DNA from: a virus
DNA: 64,000 bases
Reading direction: 5' to 3' (one strand)
IMG/VR virus record: IMGVR_UViG_3300012351_000007
Location: 1 to 64,000 of that record
Below, in pieces: positions 37,473 through 47,058 of the stretch (positions are counted from its first letter, which is position 1; each line of letters opens with the position of its first letter). Position numbers and translations under genes: made by a program. Below the pieces are notes generated by a model. The model searched no databases and had not been told where the DNA came from. It worked only from the letters and a program-made list of their open reading frames with translations.

Positions 37473-38660
37473 CTAACCACCTGTGGACGCGACGCCCGAC
37501 TTCGGGTCAAATAGGGCACCCCCGAGGACGTGCCTGACCCGGTACCGGATCCCGTCGTTGGAGAAGTCGCCCTCCTCCGGGCCGACGATCCCCCCACCGA
37601 CCCGCATCGCATCCGGGGCCTTCATCCACAGGTCCGGGGTCTCATGCCCGGTCAGGAAGCCGACCTCCATCGCCGGGCGCCCCTCGTTCGGGTTCGCGAA
37701 CAGGTACCACGCGGTATTGCCCTTCGTGGTGTCGATCAGCGGCAGCCACGGGTTGACGACCGGCTTCACCTTGTTCTGCATCCAGTTCGCCACCCGCAGG
37801 GCGTCGTTGCTGGACAGGTTCCCGCCACCCGTAGGCCCGATGATCTCCGTCGCGTTGATGATGTTGTTGGCGACGACCTCCAGCGCCGGCGGAACCACCA
37901 GGGTCACAGCGTTGATGTAGATCGGGCCGCCGTCGGAGTCGACCTGGCTCGCGAGGACAGTGAAGGCCGTCTGCAGACCGGCCACCGACAGCGTCGGGTT
38001 GCCGGTGACGATGTTCTTGTTGCCACTGGAGAAGAACGTCGCGTTGGGTCCGGTACTCGATGCGAACAGGGCGGTGGCGAACTGCTCCTCGGTGCGCCGC
38101 GCCGCCAACGCGAGGGCCTGCGGCAGTTCGGTGAACGCGCCCAGGTCGTCGTTGACGATCGACTCCCACGAGATGTCGATCTCGGCGCCGTACTTGTCCA
38201 CCGAGTACTCGTACTTGCCGTCGGCCACCGGGCGGGCGGTGTACGGGGCGAGTTCCTTCACCTTGGCCAGCAGCGCCTTGCCGCCGTCCAGGGTGAACCG
38301 GCGCACCAGGCGGAAGTCCCGGACCCGCCCCCGCTTCGCCCAGGCGTCCCACTGGATCGGCATCGTCGCGTACGCGGCGAGCAGCTGCCGGTCAATGACG
38401 TCGGCGAACAGGTAGGAGAAGTCGGAGCGGGTCAACGCCTCCTGGAAGTCCAGGGCGGCCCGGCGGGAGCCGGACATGACCGACTCGTACATCCGCATGA
38501 CCTCCGACAGGCCCCGCTGGTAGGCGGGGTCCTGCCGGCGCTGAACGCGCCGGCCTTCCCCGGCGAAGATGCGTTCGGTGGCAGCGTCGTCGGTGCCGCC
38601 CTCGAACGTGGCCAGCCGGTTCAGGCCGGTACCGATGCCGGGCAGGGTTGCAGTCGTCAT
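37473..38660 (-). CDS. Major capsid protein (Mu gpT-like, HK97 fold)
   Basis: TRSDF..L, VRDF, KYG..I.ISWESIVNDDLGAF, LVVPPALE, TAWYLFA, YRVRH. Confidence 0.9.
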   Translation of the reverse strand: MTTATLPGIGTGLNRLATFEGGTDDAATERIFAGEGRRVQRRQDPAYQRGLSEVMRMYESVMSGSRRAALDFQEALTRSDFSYLFADVIDRQLLAAYATMPIQWDAWAKRGRVRDFRLVRRFTLDGGKALLAKVKELAPYTARPVADGKYEYSVDKYGAEIDISWESIVNDDLGAFTELPQALALAARRTEEQFATALFASSTGPNATFFSSGNKNIVTGNPTLSVAGLQTAFTVLASQVDSDGGPIYINAVTLVVPPALEVVANNIINATEIIGPTGGGNLSSNDALRVANWMQNKVKPVVNPWLPLIDTTKGNTAWYLFANPNEGRPAMEVGFLTGHETPDLWMKAPDAMRVGGGIVGPEEGDFSNDGIRYRVRHVLGGALFDPKSGVASTGG

Positions 38661-38661
38661 G

Positions 38662-39018
38662 TCAGAACCCCACCTGGACTCGGATCGTGGCCGTTGCGGC
38701 GGAAGTGACAGCGGCGCGGGCGTAGCCGAACCGGACCCCGCCGGTGGCCTTCTTCGACAGTTTCGGGGTGTCGCCGGTCTGGTAGTAGATGATGTCGCCG
38801 TCGGCGACAGCCGAGTTACCGGCCGAGTCGATACCCTTCACCGACAGGTTGAAGTCGCCGTCCAACGCGACGGTGGTGTTGCCGGCGGCGTCCTCGGTGG
38901 TCAACGCCACCCCGGGGCACTGCCCGTTGATGACCGGATCCCCCGAGTTGGGGGTGGCCGGGTCGGAGCAGGCGAAGGAACGCGTCTTGGTCCACTTGAC
39001 GACCATGTTGGCTGACAT
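38662..39018 (-). CDS. Capsid cement/decoration protein (DUF2190-like)
   Basis: SGDPV..G...GVALT, GDIIY, FGYA; between protease and capsid. Confidence 0.75.
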   Translation of the reverse strand: MSANMVVKWTKTRSFACSDPATPNSGDPVINGQCPGVALTTEDAAGNTTVALDGDFNLSVKGIDSAGNSAVADGDIIYYQTGDTPKLSKKATGGVRFGYARAAVTSAATATIRVQVGF

Positions 39019-40916
39019 CAGCGACGACCTCCCGCCGCGACGAGCGCCGCATCGCTGCTCATCCCAAGACGTTTGAACGACTCGGCGAGGCTGGTCTCGA
39101 ACTGCTTCGTCGCGTCCGGGCCAGCGGTGCCGGCGCCCAGGCCGGCGCCCACTCCGGTTACCCGGCCGTCCCCGGCGGCCTCCCGCAGCGACGCCACGTA
39201 GGTTTCCTCCGCCTTCGCCGCCTCGGCGACCGCGGTGCGGAACGTCGCCTCGTCGAGGCGCAGCACCTTCACCGCCGCCCCGTCGCGCAACTCGTCGGCC
39301 TCCGCGAGCGGCACATCCCGCACCGCCGCGGCCAACACCCGGTCCCGGGCGGCCAACGGAAGGTTGGACTCGGAAAGGATGCTCGACGCGATCGGCCGGG
39401 CCGCCTCCACGGCGGTCAGCCGGGCCAGCGACTGGCGCATCTCCTGCGCCTCCCGCACAGCGGTGTCGCGTTCCTGCTCGGCCTTCACGCGAGCCTGCTC
39501 GGCTTCGGTGACAGCGGCCGGCACCACGGCGGTGGCCTCGGTTGCCCCCGCCGCACCCGGCGCCGGGCCGGTGTTGGTTCCAGACACGCTGGACTCCTTC
39601 TCGGGTGGGTTGGGTTCGGCCGGCGGGGCGCCGCCCGTGACATCAGTGAGGGGAGGGGGTTCGGTCATCGGCTCGTCGGCCTCGACAAGTCCGGCACCGG
39701 TACAGGCCGGCACAGCGGCCTCGCCCATGCCAGCCATCCGCAGCAGCGACGGCGGCGGGTCTTCTTTCAACTGGGACCGGTACAGGCCGACCAGTTTGCG
39801 GGCGGCGGCCTTCTTCGCATCCGCAGACGCGTTCACCCCGCCCCGGCCACCGGCCAGCGCCGACGCAGCTGCGTGCACCCCGTTGCGGTTGACGGTGCCG
39901 TCGGGCTGCTTGACGGGTAGCTTGTAGCGGTCTTTCGAATCCGGGGAGCCCTGCCCGGTGTCGAGCAGGCATGCCCGCCGGTACTGCTCCGGGGTGTAAT
40001 CCGAGGCCGAGAATTGCGACCACGGGGTGTCGCTGACCTCACTCAGCGACAGAGCGGCCTCGGACACGGCCGTGCCGTCCTCGGGCGGGCCATCGTAGAG
40101 ATCCCTGGTGAAGAGCTGACCTGCATCTTTCTCGACCCGGGCCGTCCACGCCTGCAAGGCGTCGCCGACCGCGTTGGACAGGGTGATCCGCTCATCGCGG
40201 GTCAACTGGCCGTTGCCGTACATCTGGTCCGCGATGTCGGTCAGCGCGCTGTGCAGTTGGGCTTCGATCCAGGCGCCGATGTTGCGCGCCTCCCGGATCT
40301 GCACCCCACCCTCGCGGGCCGCCTCCACCAGGGAGACGAGCTTCCCGCCGGCGCCGGCCTTCGTCACGAAATCCACGGAGTAACCGCGGTCGATGGACTC
40401 GATGACGATCCCCGACCGGTCGCCGACCTTCCCGACCGTGCCGGACCCGTCGCCGCGCACCGACAGGCCGACCGCATCGGCCAGCGCCTCCACCAACGGC
40501 ACGGCGTGGGGGAAGACTTCGATGTCGGCGTACAGGCCATCACCCTCGTAGACGGGGGTGGACACGACGCGGCCGGCGAGGTCGCGGACGGACCGCTCTG
40601 GCCGGTCCGCAGACTCGGCGATCGACGGGTGATCCAGAAAGACCTGCGTGGTCCCCGCGGGCCAGGCCGTAGGGCCATCCCGCTCGAGCACCTTCGCTGG
40701 CCAGTAACCCGACGTCCCCCACCGGTCCCCTTCGATCAGCCGCGCCCGGTACCGTCGCCCACCGGCCGGCGTGAGGCTGCCCATGGTGGCCTCGGCGATG
40801 GCAACCCGCTCGACGGTGGCCGCCGACTCGCGCAGTTGCACCGGAACCGGGAACGCCTTGCCGGGGGGCACCACGGCACCCCAGCCGGGGCGGCGCAGCT
40901 TACGGCGGTTCGACAC
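39018..40916 (-). CDS. Capsid maturation protease-scaffold fusion
   Basis: FLDHP, RSVRDLAG, GLSV, SVDFVTKAGAGG; coiled-coil C-terminus. Confidence 0.8.
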   Translation of the reverse strand: MSNRRKLRRPGWGAVVPPGKAFPVPVQLRESAATVERVAIAEATMGSLTPAGGRRYRARLIEGDRWGTSGYWPAKVLERDGPTAWPAGTTQVFLDHPSIAESADRPERSVRDLAGRVVSTPVYEGDGLYADIEVFPHAVPLVEALADAVGLSVRGDGSGTVGKVGDRSGIVIESIDRGYSVDFVTKAGAGGKLVSLVEAAREGGVQIREARNIGAWIEAQLHSALTDIADQMYGNGQLTRDERITLSNAVGDALQAWTARVEKDAGQLFTRDLYDGPPEDGTAVSEAALSLSEVSDTPWSQFSASDYTPEQYRRACLLDTGQGSPDSKDRYKLPVKQPDGTVNRNGVHAAASALAGGRGGVNASADAKKAAARKLVGLYRSQLKEDPPPSLLRMAGMGEAAVPACTGAGLVEADEPMTEPPPLTDVTGGAPPAEPNPPEKESSVSGTNTGPAPGAAGATEATAVVPAAVTEAEQARVKAEQERDTAVREAQEMRQSLARLTAVEAARPIASSILSESNLPLAARDRVLAAAVRDVPLAEADELRDGAAVKVLRLDEATFRTAVAEAAKAEETYVASLREAAGDGRVTGVGAGLGAGTAGPDATKQFETSLAESFKRLGMSSDAALVAAGGRR

Positions 40917-40937
40917 GACAGCGGCTCCCTCGGACGT

Positions 40938-40971
40938 GAAAGAGCCCCGACACGGGCTTGTGTCGGGGCTC
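40938..40971 (-). terminator. Hairpin/terminator after the endonuclease gene
   Basis: Perfect 12-bp stem GAGCCCCGACAC/GTGTCGGGGCTC, followed by TTTC on the - strand. Confidence 0.55.
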
Positions 40972-40984
40972 AGGTGGGTGACCG

Positions 40985-41785
40985 CTAGGCGGCTAGATCG
41001 GGGGTCAGAAGAGCAGGGCCTGATGAGTCAGCGCAGGGCGAGCGCCCTTGCTGCTGTTGCAGTGCCTGCACGCTGGGACGATCGGCCTTCCGGCGCAGAT
41101 AGTCGACAGCGGCGAGTAGCCGCTCAGGACTGTCCGCGAACATCCCGATCCCAACATTGCATTGAGGACATAGGAGTCCTCGGACCTGTCCACCAGCATG
41201 GCAGTGGTCGACTACAAGGTAGGCTTCGGTGCTTCCGCAGGCTTCGCAGCCGTTTGCCTCGTCGAGCATCTTCCTGAACTCCGGCACAGAAAGGCCGTAC
41301 GTCCAGGCGCGGCGGGCGATGCCCTTGCACCTCATCGAGCAGTACATGGACCCCAGCGTGAACTCTTCACCTAAAGGGGCATCGCACATTACGCACGAGA
41401 GGATGCGGCCAGGGACGCCCATCCGAGATCTGCGACGACAGAGGCCGTCGCAGAAGATCTGCTTCCGACGCACGGCCACGCCGCAATGATGGCAGGAGCC
41501 GCTGGGTTTCCGAACCATCGTTACCGTTGGGCTTCCGTGCCTGTAGTTGCGCATGTAATGGCGTTCGCACCACGGACCCTTGGTCGAACGCTTGAACCTG
41601 TCACATCCGGCTATCTCGCACTGCCCAGCGGCTAGGAGCCGATCTCTGCGCCGCTCAGTTATTTCGGCCCGCTTGCACTGCACGGAACAGTGGACCGGCG
41701 GCCTGCCCTGCGTCTTCCGCGCGAACTCACTACCGCAGCGGCGGCAAGTCCCTCGCCTCGGTGCGGTAGGCGTAAGCTTCCGCAT
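40985..41785 (-). CDS. Endonuclease VII-domain (homing-type) nuclease with N-terminal Zn fingers
   Basis: YGLS..EF, CEACG, VDHCH..GQVRGLLCPQCNVGIG; several CxxC..(F/Y/H)CS..C units; visibly lower GC. Confidence 0.85.
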   Translation of the reverse strand: MRKLTPTAPRRGTCRRCGSEFARKTQGRPPVHCSVQCKRAEITERRRDRLLAAGQCEIAGCDRFKRSTKGPWCERHYMRNYRHGSPTVTMVRKPSGSCHHCGVAVRRKQIFCDGLCRRRSRMGVPGRILSCVMCDAPLGEEFTLGSMYCSMRCKGIARRAWTYGLSVPEFRKMLDEANGCEACGSTEAYLVVDHCHAGGQVRGLLCPQCNVGIGMFADSPERLLAAVDYLRRKADRPSVQALQQQQGRSPCADSSGPALLTPDLAA

Positions 41786-41916
41786 GTTCGACTCCAACTA
41801 GTCGGACCACAGCCCGGGAGCGTCACCAGCGCTCGCCGGGCCCTTACGTGCCCATTATGCCGTACACATGTGCCATCCGACGGCCAACACCCTTGCGGCC
41901 CAACGACTTCTCTCGG

Positions 41917-43005
41917 TCAGGCGGCGAGACGGGAGCGCTGGTTGGCGAGGCGTTGCAGGTCCCGCAGCGGCGTCGGCACGTAGGACGGTCGCCATGCGCT
42001 GGACTCGCGGCGGGTGGCCAGGTCGTCCCACGTGATCCGGCCAGCGCGGAGAAGATCCAATCTGGCCGCGCCGAGGATGCCTACCTGGACCTCTTCGGAC
42101 TGGGCGTCGAACCAGGCACGTGCGTCGGGGAACTGGTCGGGTGGTTCGTCGTCGCCGAGGCCCAGTTCGCGCCACGACTTGAGGGTGGGCACCCGCTGAC
42201 AGCGGCCCTGCTGGTGGTCGATCGGACCGGCCTCGGACAGGGCGTGCTGCGATCCATCCATCGACAGGCATGAGGCACAGACCCGGCTGTCGATCTTTGC
42301 CGACCAGCGCCACCCGGCGAGCACGTCGGCGTTGGCCATGTCCACGTACTGCCCCGCGACACGGTGCGAGTCGAGGATCTCGGTACGCGAGATGATCAAC
42401 GCCCGGGTGAGACCGCCACCCTCGAAGGCGCCCTGTACCCGGTCCACCATCGCCTTCGCCACGGTCTCCGGGTCGTCGCCCAACGCCACCCCGCGGACCA
42501 GTTCCCGGCGCATCGCCTCACCGGCCTGCGCCGACAGGGGGCGGGCGGCCGATTCGATCTGCTGCCCGCAGCGAGCGACCATCACATCCACGGCGCGCGG
42601 CGGGATCTTGCCGGCGACCCGGGCCGCTGCATCGGCGCGCTGCGCGGCGGGTAGTTGGGAGGCGATCAGCCGGGCCTCGCCCTGTACCGTCGCCTCAACA
42701 GCCCTCGCTGCGGCGTCCTTCACCGATGTAGCGGTGCGCAACCCCAACCGGTCCAGCGCATCCGATGCGGCGGCGAGAACCGTCTGCACGCCGGGGATGC
42801 GGGCCAGTTCCCACCGGCCCGGCCAGCGTCCCGCACGTACCGCCGTCACGGCGACCGAAGTTGCGGCAGCGAGCATCGGCGGGGTTAGCAGCGCCCAGGC
42901 GGCCACCCATGCGGCGGTCAGGTCCCGGGTGGTGCCGTCGGCTTCGGTGCCCACGTCGTTGCGTAGTTGCGCCGAGTCCTGAAGCGTGGCGGCGGTGACC
43001 GGCAC
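41917..43005 (-). CDS. Phage minor head protein (MuF/SPP1 gp7-like)
   Basis: RALIISRTEI, GWRW..D.RVCASC..MDG, HQQGRC. Confidence 0.85.
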   Translation of the reverse strand: MPVTAATLQDSAQLRNDVGTEADGTTRDLTAAWVAAWALLTPPMLAAATSVAVTAVRAGRWPGRWELARIPGVQTVLAAASDALDRLGLRTATSVKDAAARAVEATVQGEARLIASQLPAAQRADAAARVAGKIPPRAVDVMVARCGQQIESAARPLSAQAGEAMRRELVRGVALGDDPETVAKAMVDRVQGAFEGGGLTRALIISRTEILDSHRVAGQYVDMANADVLAGWRWSAKIDSRVCASCLSMDGSQHALSEAGPIDHQQGRCQRVPTLKSWRELGLGDDEPPDQFPDARAWFDAQSEEVQVGILGAARLDLLRAGRITWDDLATRRESSAWRPSYVPTPLRDLQRLANQRSRLAA

Positions 43006-44685
43006 CTACGTGCTCGCTGGCTGGGTCACGGCGCCGTCCGGGTTCCCGTCGGCGGTGGTTCCGTCCCCCGGTGGGGTGTCGGCCCCCGACATTGGCCCTG
43101 TTCCGGCCGTAGCGGGGTCCTGCCCGGTGCGGGCCAGCCCTGCGGCCGTCTGCCCGAGACTGGTAGGCGCGGACGGCCAGATGAAGTTCCCGTCCTCGTC
43201 GACCTGCGCGGCCACCAGCTCATCGGTTCTGGCCACCCCCATCGCCGTCAAAAGCAGCCGCAGGATCTCCTCGGGCCGGACGGTGCCGGTCGAGTCGGCC
43301 TGCACGATCGCCTGCACCAGCGACAGCGGATCCACCGTCGCCAACTCCGGCCAGGTGATGTCGATCGTGTCGGGGGTGTCCCCGTCCAGGATCACCGTTT
43401 CCCGGTCGTTCTCATCCCGCGTGATCCTGCCCTTGAGGGCGCCCTTCGGCGCGCGCACCGACTCGGCGATCACATGGTCGAGGATCGAGCGCAGGAACTC
43501 CGACCACAGGGTTTGGCGTTGCGCCATCTCCAGTTCGGTCGGCTGGTCCAGGGTTTCCGCGGTTGCCCGCGCGCCGGTCTGGCCGGGGTCGGCCAGCAGC
43601 ATCGTCACCGGCACACCCAACGCCGCAGCGACCATCATTGCCAGGGGCCGGCCGGATTCGGCGTCGATGGTGGCACCGGACTTGGGGATGGCCTCCAGTG
43701 ACGCATCGGCCGGCATGATCGCCGTCGCCCCCGACGACAGCGGCAGCCCGGTCGCCGGGTCGATCGACGGCGCAGCGGCTATCTTCGCCCTGGCCTGACC
43801 TGCGGCCTGACCCTTCGCGGTCAACCTCCACGCAAACCGCGACAGCGACTTGACCAGCCTCGCCCAGTCCTCCAGGAACTCCTTGTACGCCTTCGCCCAG
43901 TCGATCGCGGCATACACGTCCGGTACCCCACGGCGCCAGCCCAGCGGCACGTTGACGGCGAGGTGCACGATCGGGGAGTCCCACGCGATGGGGATCCCGC
44001 CGAACGCCGCCGGCCGCTGCGTGGGCCGGTAGCCGACCGCGGGGTAGAACCGTTCCCGCAGCGTCGGGTTCACGGTCCCCGTCTGGTTGTCGAGGGCCAT
44101 CTCGTTCCAGCGGCGGTGGTAGTACCACGGTTCGGTGGCGTCGTCCGGGTTGCAGATCACGTCGGCGATCTCGTCGGCAACCACCGTCCGTGCCTGCACG
44201 GTGCCCGTCAGGGGCTTCGTGAACAGGACCACGAAGATTTCCCCGTCGTGGCCAAGTGCCCGCTCCAACTGCTCCCGCGCGGCCGGACCCGTCACGGCAC
44301 GCCGGTTGCCCCGGTCGTCGAGGAAGGCTTGGATGACCGCGTTGACGTCCTGCTCACCGCTGTTGCGCCCATCGGCGCGGGCGGCGAGCTCGACCCCCTG
44401 GCCATGGACATATGCGACCTTAAGGGACAACCCCCGGCGCACCAATGGGCTCTTCAGGGCGTATATCCGGCATATCGCCCGAAGTTGGCGCAGACCCTCG
44501 GGGCGGAACTCGACCTCGGCCAGCGCTGTGAGTCGCACCCAGCCTGGGTCAAAGAGCTGGCGCTCAAGGTCAACTAGACTTTCCTGGAGCAATTCCACTG
44601 TGGACCGTTCGCGGTCCAGATCCTCCCGCAGTTCCGCCTCGCGCATCTTGCGCTTCGACGGGGCAGCGAGGGCAGGGGTGGACAC
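43006..44685 (-). CDS. Portal protein
   Basis: 559 aa between TerL and MuF; SPLVRRG, DGEIF, RGVPD, ALGVP..L..D....ATA. Confidence 0.85.
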   Translation of the reverse strand: MSTPALAAPSKRKMREAELREDLDRERSTVELLQESLVDLERQLFDPGWVRLTALAEVEFRPEGLRQLRAICRIYALKSPLVRRGLSLKVAYVHGQGVELAARADGRNSGEQDVNAVIQAFLDDRGNRRAVTGPAAREQLERALGHDGEIFVVLFTKPLTGTVQARTVVADEIADVICNPDDATEPWYYHRRWNEMALDNQTGTVNPTLRERFYPAVGYRPTQRPAAFGGIPIAWDSPIVHLAVNVPLGWRRGVPDVYAAIDWAKAYKEFLEDWARLVKSLSRFAWRLTAKGQAAGQARAKIAAAPSIDPATGLPLSSGATAIMPADASLEAIPKSGATIDAESGRPLAMMVAAALGVPVTMLLADPGQTGARATAETLDQPTELEMAQRQTLWSEFLRSILDHVIAESVRAPKGALKGRITRDENDRETVILDGDTPDTIDITWPELATVDPLSLVQAIVQADSTGTVRPEEILRLLLTAMGVARTDELVAAQVDEDGNFIWPSAPTSLGQTAAGLARTGQDPATAGTGPMSGADTPPGDGTTADGNPDGAVTQPAST

Positions 44686-44700
44686 TCGGCACCCCCAGCG

Positions 44701-44880
44701 TCAGTCGAACAGGTCCGGATCGCAGCGGGTACAGCCACCGAAGGCGCCGAGGGGCTGCGGGCCGCTGTCCATCAGGGCGTACACGTCAACGACGAGGCGG
44801 GCCGACGTGAGGCAGCGGTCGCACCACTCCCGACGCGGCTCACCCGTAGCCGTGTGGATGTAGACCACCTGCTCGGCCAC
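44701..44880 (-). CDS. Small CxxC/CxxC zinc-ribbon protein
   Basis: WCDRC...GCTRCD. Confidence 0.5.
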   Translation of the reverse strand: MAEQVVYIHTATGEPRREWCDRCLTSARLVVDVYALMDSGPQPLGAFGGCTRCDPDLFD

Positions 44881-44896
44881 GCCCACCCCTTGCCGC

Positions 44897-45554
44897 TCAG
44901 ACCCGCTCCGGCCAGTGCCACGTGCCGCCGTGGAGTTTGGCCTCGCGCCATCCGCAGGAGCATTGACTTCCTCCACCGCCGTGAACGGCGGGGATTCCCT
45001 CCGTGCTGCGCGTGGAACGCACAACGCCCGGGTGGGTTCCTGGTTCATCGCAGTCCGCCCGGGCAAGCCCAGGTCTTACGTCTACTCCGCAGGCGTTTTC
45101 CGTCTCCGCAAGCCCTGCGGCGACGTTTGGTGCGTCGGGCTCCAGCTTGGTTATCGCTGGAGCCCGGCCGGACGGTACCACAGTCAAGGGCACTGCTCGG
45201 GCCTTGGCGGCCCTCCCAGCGCGGGCCTTCACCCCCGCCCTCAAGGGCGGAGCACTGGCCCGCATCCCGGTAGCGCATGGGGTTGCCGTGGATCTCCGGG
45301 TTCAGGCAGTCGGGTGATTCGGGCTCCTCTGCACCCTCGTCGTACCGGCAGCCACCGGCCGCGAGCGAATGCAGGAAGATGCCCGTCGGGTTCAGTACCG
45401 CCAGGACAACGCGCTCGCCGCCGAGACTGCGCGGCACGCCAAGCTCGACCTCGGTCACGATGGCTGCGCGGCACTCTGACCTGAACTCGCCACCCGGGGT
45501 TCCGAACGAGACATAGTGCACGACGCGGCCGACCGACGGCTGCTGGTCAACCAC
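44897..45554 (-). pseudogene. Paralog of 18059-18361 interrupted by mini-IS
   Basis: Removing 44963-45269 joins ..PMRY to CSCGW..WHWPERV in frame (116 aa). Confidence 0.8.
44963..45269 (-). mobile_element. 307-bp non-coding IS200/IS605 derivative retaining the omegaRNA
   Basis: Follows CTAC; LE guide AGTG + hairpin; tnpB tail remnant (VAAGLAETENACG); RE GAAT + hairpin + GAGGAAG-TCAA. Confidence 0.85.
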
Positions 45555-45565
45555 AGGCGCTCCGT

Positions 45566-47058
45566 TCAGTACAGGCTGATCAGCGCCTCGTCCTCGGTGT
45601 CTTCCTCTTCGAGGACCCGGTCGTCGAGCAGCAGCGGGTTGAGTAGCAGCCGGTTCAACGCCTGCGACATGGCGTCCACCCGGTCATCGTTCGCCGAGAA
45701 GGGGAAACCTGCGCATTCCTCCACAACCTCGCCGACCCACGGGGCCAGTTCGGGGGCCGGCAAGAACACGTTGCCGGCCTGGACGAACGGCGACACGGCT
45801 GCGGCACGGGCCTTCTTCGACCCGTCCGGCTCGACCGGGATCAGCCCGGCGACGGTGCGCCGCAGGGCGTTGACGACGGCTGGGCCGTTGGCCTTGTCCT
45901 CAACGAGTTTCGCGGCAGCCTGCGGCCAGCGGGCCGAAAGCGTACGGACCTTCAGGCAGGTGGTGACGAAGTCCATCCGGTCGTGCACCTGGTCAAGCAG
46001 GTACGCCTGCACGCCACGGCGGCCCCACACCTGCCCGCACACGAAGTCTGTCCCGGCAGAGTCCTTGAAGGTCATATCCCACGAGGCGATCAGCTCATCG
46101 AAACCGACCGCGATCCGGGTACCCTCGTCGCGTTCCGTCCACTGCGGTGTGTCGTAGTAGCGCCACCACTCGCGTTGGAAGATGTTGCCGGCGACCGGGT
46201 TGGGCTTGCCCTGAAACAGGGCCGTCCACGACTCGGCGCCGACTTCCTTCTTCTTCTTCTCCCAGTCGACGACGGTACGGCCGCGGGTGGACTGCATGTA
46301 CTCGCCGGGCTGCCGGCCCAGCGGGTCCGTCTCGCCCTTCTCGGGGCGGTGGTCGGCCTGGGCCGGGATGTTGATGACCCGCCAATGGTCGGGGCCGTCT
46401 TCCTTCAGCCGCCAGCCGGTCAGGTCGTCATGCGTCCAGCGCGTCTGGATGATCACCACGGCGACACCGGGGCCGAGTCGGGGGATCGCCACATCGGTGT
46501 AGAAGTCCTCGACGGTTTCCCGCCACGCCGGGGATTCGGCCGCCTCACGGTCCTTGTACGGGTCGTCGATGATCAGCAGGTCGACGGGGCGGGACGTGAG
46601 CGAGCCACGGATCCCGACGCAGTACACGCCACCCTGACGGCTGGCGATCTCCCACTCGTTCGCCGCCGCCGAGTCGGGGTTGACCGACAGGCCGAGACGG
46701 TCGCCGTGCAGCATGATGTCGTCGCGGATGAACCGGCCCCACCGGCGGGCGACGGTGTGGGCGTAGGACACGATCGCGATGCGGGTGTCCGGGTTGCGGT
46801 GCAGCACCCACTCCGGGAAACGCCGGGAGGTGCGCTGGCTTTTCCCTCCTGAGGCGCCAGGGAGATCATTAACCGTTCGCAGCGGCCCTCGGCCACGTCA
46901 ATCAGCGCCGCATCGATCAGGCCAAGGGCTGGCGTCTGGACGGTACGCGGGTCGAGCGCCCTGGCAAGGTCACCCGGTGTCGGCCACTGCGACACCCGGG
47001 GGCCAGTCGGCTCGAATAGGCGTGCCGCAGCCTCCCACGCGGACAACGTCCCGGTCAT
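45566..47058 (-). CDS. Terminase large subunit, split by a -1 frameshift at 46846-46840
   Basis: Frame 0 RLMISLAPQEGK; -1 frame SQRTSRRFPEW..LLIIDDPYK..IQTRW..SWD..VEDKANG..DDRVDAMSQA. Confidence 0.88.

Noticed and set aside
44963-45269. Self-splicing IStron or group I intron
   Set aside because: The length is accounted for by LE, hairpin and omegaRNA; no group I core recognised, and the ends are not U|...G
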